Assembly (NCBI GenBank): GCA_009773155.1
Contig: WOVA01000001.1
Span: 104,035 to 168,034, forward strand
Length of the DNA: 64,000 nt
Reading direction: 5' to 3'
Source: Elusimicrobiota bacterium
Lineage (GTDB): Bacteria; Elusimicrobiota; Elusimicrobia; Elusimicrobiales; UBA9959
Under the pieces are notes generated by a model. It ran no database searches. It saw nothing but the letters and a program-made list of their open reading frames with translations, and was not told the origin of the DNA. The position numbers and the translations under genes are program-made. Below are positions 59,705-64,000 of the stretch, piece by piece. Position 1 is the stretch's first letter, and the number at the start of each line of letters is the position of its first letter.

Positions 59705-60273
59705 TTCCTTCTCCTATTCTTGTTTTCGCCGGCCGCTCGCAGAGCTCGCGGCACCGACTGCGGGCAATGCCGCCCTGTTCCGGCGGACAGCGCCAGCAGG
59801 AACAGCCAGTCCGACAGCCTGTTGAGCAGGACGGCCGGCCCTTTCGCTTTCAGCTCCCAGCATAAGATCTCGCAGACGCGCGCCTTGGCCCGGGCCAGGT
59901 GCAGCGTGGCCTCCACCGGGTTCCCGCCGGGCAGCACGAACCTGGCCGGCGGTTTTACCGTGAGAGAGAGTTCAGCCCCGGCCTTTTCAAGGCCGGAGGT
60001 CAGTTCCCGCAGTTCGCCGCCGTTCTTCATCCCGGCGATGTTCGCCGCCGCCTCCGACAGGGCGGTCTGCGCCCGGGCGAGGGCCGCCCTTTCAAAACCG
60101 CCGGCCTTCACCAGCCCCAGGAGGCAGGAGAGCTCGTCTATAAGCGCGTTGGCCTTTATGCGCGGATCTGTCTTGGGTACCCGGCGGCCGGCCAGGAGGT
60201 CCGTGAGGCCGCCGTCACCGGAGCCCCTCGCCGGCTTGAAAGATCTTTGCATTTTTACGCCGCCTTTAACCAC
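59701..60273 (-). CDS. PduO-type ATP:cob(I)alamin adenosyltransferase with repeat-derived C-terminus
   Basis: GDGGLTDLLAGRRVPKTDPRI, FVLPGG and LNRLSDWLFLLA motifs. The last ~25 residues (GTGRHCPQSVPRALRAAG...) are encoded by the reverse complement of repeat copy C. Confidence 0.8.
   Translation of the reverse strand: MVKGGVKMQRSFKPARGSGDGGLTDLLAGRRVPKTDPRIKANALIDELSCLLGLVKAGGFERAALARAQTALSEAAANIAGMKNGGELRELTSGLEKAGAELSLTVKPPARFVLPGGNPVEATLHLARAKARVCEILCWELKAKGPAVLLNRLSDWLFLLALSAGTGRHCPQSVPRALRAAGENKNRRRK
59729..59790 (+). repeat. 55-nt GC-rich structured repeat, copy C (antisense within the 3' end of the adenosyltransferase gene)
   Basis: ccggccgctcgcagagctcgcggcaccgactgcgggcaatgccgccctgttccgg plus cggacag. 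50/55 identical to copy B, with paired dinucleotide swaps that keep a 5-bp stem. Confidence 0.85.
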
Positions 60274-60386
60274 AGTATAAGAGTGTAGCGCGGGCCGGGC
60301 CGGAAAGTCAGTGTCCGGGGACCCAGGAGGGACCCGGAAAAAGCACCAGCCCGGTCTGGGTCCAACGGCCCAATTGGTATAATTAG

Positions 60387-60472
60387 GGGACGCTGATTAC
60401 TAAATGACTAATTATCCACAGGGGCAGTCTTCACCGCAGGACCGTAATTAGTCATTTAGTAATCAGCGTCCC
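60387..60472. repeat. AT-rich hairpin element, copy 2: perfect 28-bp inverted repeat with 30-nt loop
   Basis: gggacgctgattactaaatgactaatta (60387-60414) is the exact reverse complement of 60445-60472. Extended -10 TGGTATAAT ends at 60383. SD AAGGAG at 60474-60479. Confidence 0.9.
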
Positions 60473-60479
60473 TAAGGAG

Positions 60480-60710
60480 ATGACCATGAAAGACAAGGTT
60501 GCGAAGGTTATAGAGAAGATAAAGCCGATACTGGCGGCCGACGGCGGTTCCGTGGAGCTGGTAGCGGTCGACGAGAAGAGCGGCGTGGTCACCGTGCGCC
60601 TGACCGGCGCCTGCGGCTGCTGCCCCCACGCGGCCATGACGCTCAAGGGCGTGGTGGAGCGCATGGTGCGCGAAGCGGTCCCCGAGGTCAAGGAAGTCAC
60701 CGTCGGCTGA
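60480..60710 (+). CDS. NifU C-terminal-domain-like Fe-S cluster scaffold/carrier protein
   Basis: LAADGGSVELV...LTGACGCCPHAAMTLKG (CxxC) pattern. The true start may be the second ATG at 60486 given the SD spacing. Confidence 0.8.
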   Translation: MTMKDKVAKVIEKIKPILAADGGSVELVAVDEKSGVVTVRLTGACGCCPHAAMTLKGVVERMVREAVPEVKEVTVG

Positions 60711-60778
60711 CCCTCCCGCCGGCATCAGCGGGGGGACAACATGCGGCATGGTGTCCCAGCACCTTTTTCCGGCCATAC

Positions 60779-61618
60779 ATGTCCCTGATAAATCTGCACA
60801 CCCACTCCAGCTTCTCCGACGGCACCCTGCCGCCGGAGAGGCTGGCGGCCGTCGCCGCCGCCGCGGGGGTCGGATATTTCTCGCTCACCGATCACGACAA
60901 TACGGCCGGCTGGAGCGGCCTGGGCCCGCTGCTTTCGGCGCGCGGCCTGCGCTGGTGCCGCGGGGTGGAGTTGAGCACCCGGCTGCACGACAGCCTGCAC
61001 GTGCTGGGCTACGGGGTGGACCCGGAGAGCCCCGCGCTGCTCTCCGCGCTGGAGGAGTTCAGGCGCAGGCGGCTCGCCCGCATGGAGGAGATACTCGCCC
61101 TACTGCGCCCGCTGGGTTTTTCGGCGACGCTGGCCGACCTGGAAGCCGCCGGGGACCTCCGTGCGCCCGGCGTGGCGCCAGCGGCCAGGACCTACGGCCG
61201 CCCGCACCTCGCGGACCTTATGGAATCGCGCGGCTTCGTGAAGAACCGCAAGCACGCTTTCGAGAAATACATCGGCTACGATTGCCCCGCCTACGTTCCG
61301 CCTCGCGGCCCCGACATGGAGGAATCCATAAAAGCGGTGAAGGCCGCCGGCGGGGCCGCCGTGATCGCCCATCCCGGCGTGGTGGAGAAGGTCCTGGACC
61401 TCGGGGCCTGGAAGGAGATGGGCCTGGACGGAATAGAGGCCTTCTATCCCTGCCACACCGTGCGCAAGATGGGGGAGTTCATGGCGCTCGCCCGCCGCTT
61501 CGGCCTGGGCGTCACCGCAGGGACCGATTTTCACGGGCCGGGCACCGGCCGCGAGGAGATGAGCGGCTTCGAATACGACGCGGAGAATTTCGGCTGGCTG
61601 GAGAAATACTGGTCATGA
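60779..61618 (+). CDS. PHP-domain metal-dependent phosphoesterase (TrpH/YciV-like)
   Basis: INLHTHSSFSDG N-terminal motif, TDHD, and the AHPG motif. Confidence 0.8.
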   Translation: MSLINLHTHSSFSDGTLPPERLAAVAAAAGVGYFSLTDHDNTAGWSGLGPLLSARGLRWCRGVELSTRLHDSLHVLGYGVDPESPALLSALEEFRRRRLARMEEILALLRPLGFSATLADLEAAGDLRAPGVAPAARTYGRPHLADLMESRGFVKNRKHAFEKYIGYDCPAYVPPRGPDMEESIKAVKAAGGAAVIAHPGVVEKVLDLGAWKEMGLDGIEAFYPCHTVRKMGEFMALARRFGLGVTAGTDFHGPGTGREEMSGFEYDAENFGWLEKYWS

Positions 61619-62339
61619 AGGTCATATCGCATCGCGGCGCTTCCGGCTACGCGCCGGAGAACACGCTCAAGGCCTTCGAACTGGCCGCGCGCATGGGCTC
61701 GCGCGACTTCGAGTTCGACGTGCACCGGACGCGCGACGGAAAACTGGTCGTCCATCACGACTATGACCTCTCTCATACGGCCGGCGCACCGGCCAGGATA
61801 GCGGACCTGGATTACGCGGAACTGTCCCGCCTCAACGCCGCGGCCCATTTCGCCGCCGACCCCTCTTTTCAGCGCGTCCCGCTGCTGGAGGAGGTGCTGG
61901 AGATAGCGGCGCCGGCCGCAGACTGGATAAATTTCGAGGTGAAGAACGACGGCGACGCCTATCCCGGCATAGAGGCGGAACTCCTCGCGGCGCTCAAGGG
62001 GCGCCCGGGGCTTTTCGAAAAGGCCCTGGTGTCGAGCTTCGACCATGGCACACTGCGCCGCTTCCGGGCGCTGTCGCCGGACCTGGGGCTGGGCTGGCTG
62101 GGGCACAGGCTCAGCGAGATCCTGCTGGCGCCGGCGGTGCTTAAGGCCCGCGCGATCGGCGCCGCCAGCTTCCACCTGGCGCTGCGCATCGCCTTCCGGC
62201 CCAACGTGGCGCTGCTGAGGAAGGCCGGGTTCGCCGTCCGAGTCTACACGGTCAACCTGAAAAAGGACGCCCTGCGCATGAAGGAGATCGGCGTCGACGG
62301 CATCTTCAGCAATTACCCCGACATAATGGATAAGACAGA

Positions 62340-62343
<4 letters not shown>
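61615..62343 (+). CDS. Glycerophosphodiester phosphodiesterase
   Basis: VISHRGASGYAPENTL and FEFDVHRTRDGKLVVHHD motifs. ATGA overlap with the PHP gene. The long upstream track ORF extension is discarded. Confidence 0.85.
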
Positions 62344-63347
<1,004 letters not shown>

Positions 63348-63352
63348 TCGTT

Positions 63353-63793
63353 TTACTCCTCTTCTTCTTCCAGTCCCCAAACCACGCTCTTGTGCAGCCA
63401 GCCGGTGGCTTCGCCGTCGGTCACCTGCAGCCAGCTGCCCTCGGTACTGATCAGCTTCATCGGGTAGCCCTGTTCCAGTATCCAGGAGATCTCTCCTCCT
63501 GGCGTCTCGCGGAGGTTGGCCTTCGGGGTCCGTACCGCCACGGTGACCACTTTCGACAGTATGGACCCGTGCACCCAGCCTTCGTCCCCCTCGTAGTCGC
63601 GGACGCGCACCCACGAACCGCTGCGGCCCAGGACTTCGAAGGGAGTAAAACGCAGTACCTGCCAGAGGGACTCGTTGTTCCCGCCGGGCCCGCCGCGCAC
63701 ATTGGCCAGCTTAGAGGTCACGGAAAGGACCTCCGCCGCGCCGGGCGAGGCGAAAGCCGTCAGCATGGCTACCATCATTACAATCGTACGCAT
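63353..63793 (-). CDS. Secreted protein with two bacterial SH3 domains
   Basis: Signal peptide MRTIVMMVAMLTAFASPGAA, then two ANVR/ANLR...GW(V/L)H SH3b-like repeats. Confidence 0.65.
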   Translation of the reverse strand: MRTIVMMVAMLTAFASPGAAEVLSVTSKLANVRGGPGGNNESLWQVLRFTPFEVLGRSGSWVRVRDYEGDEGWVHGSILSKVVTVAVRTPKANLRETPGGEISWILEQGYPMKLISTEGSWLQVTDGEATGWLHKSVVWGLEEEEE

Positions 63794-63911
63794 AAGACTT
63801 CTCCTTAAGCATAGTTTAGCGGCCCGGGGAGCGCGGGGCAATGTCCTGCGTGTTAAATCTTTGTTAAATCTCCCGGGCTCCGGCGGGGACTATTTTGTAA
63901 CATAGGAAGCC

Positions 63912-64000
63912 ATGAACTCCGACATAAGGGACCTTACGCGCGCGGAGCTGGAGGCGCGCCTCTCCGCCCTCGGGGAAAAGCCGCTGCACGCCGCGGCGGT
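63912..64000 (+). CDS. rlmN: Probable 23S rRNA/tRNA adenine-C2 methyltransferase RlmN, N-terminal fragment
   Basis: AGGAAG SD then MNSDIRDLTRAELEARLSALGEKPLHAA.., which resembles the RlmN N-terminal helix (L..EL...L..LGEKPFRA). Only 29 codons are visible. Confidence 0.4.
   Translation, partial: MNSDIRDLTRAELEARLSALGEKPLHAAA

Noticed and set aside
60748-61614. 5' extension of the glycerophosphodiester phosphodiesterase ORF (531-aa version)
   Set aside because: It overlaps the PHP-domain gene in a different frame and is Arg/Gly/Pro-rich. The GDPD family N-terminus (MKVISHRGASG) starts at 61615 with an ATGA overlap.

Overview
GC-rich (roughly two-thirds G+C by eye) chromosomal segment from a diderm bacterium. 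It spans the replication origin, with the order gyrA-gyrB-DUF721-dnaN-dnaA-oriC, all transcribed leftward away from an AT-rich island with perfect DnaA boxes. I can support about 57 protein-coding genes. They include guaA' (partial), an HcnAB/HcnC-like flavoprotein pair, a TolC-MacA-MacB efflux operon, alanine aminotransferase, dus, mutS, guaB and two orphan CheY-like receivers. Further genes are AlaX, aldehyde:ferredoxin oxidoreductase plus a ThiS/MoaD-like protein, ettA, add, tldD/pmbA, a nadD-yqeK fusion, pilT, rsfS, argS, a GH13 enzyme, a PduO-type adenosyltransferase, a NifU-like protein, nadA and rlmN' (partial). I see no rRNA, tRNA or CRISPR array. Many long ORFs in the supplied track are antisense or out-of-frame shadows typical of GC-rich DNA, and I trimmed or discarded them. 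The items most worth a second look are as follows. (1) A three-gene minus-strand cassette (16890-20934): a large signal-peptide/TM protein ends in a cytoplasmic tail of eight tandem Ala-Cys-His-X repeats, followed by a radical SAM/SPASM enzyme with an N-terminal RRE-like domain and a translationally coupled unknown membrane protein. This looks like a RiPP-style maturase acting on the tail of a full-size membrane protein. (2) A lipoprotein-UbiA prenyltransferase-radical SAM-radical SAM (Zn-ribbon, COG1964/Tes-like)-methyltransferase operon (33057-37954). (3) A 434-aa intein with an HNH-type endonuclease insert in gyrB. (4) Two copies of an AT-rich perfect 27-28 bp hairpin cassette, each with a -10 box before it and an SD after it, showing a compensatory base-pair change and an embedded TTATNCACA box. 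(5) Three copies of a 55-nt GC-rich structured repeat that all lie inside coding sequences, including an in-frame insertion in argS, again with stem covariation. All functional calls rest on motif recognition by eye; no database search was possible.
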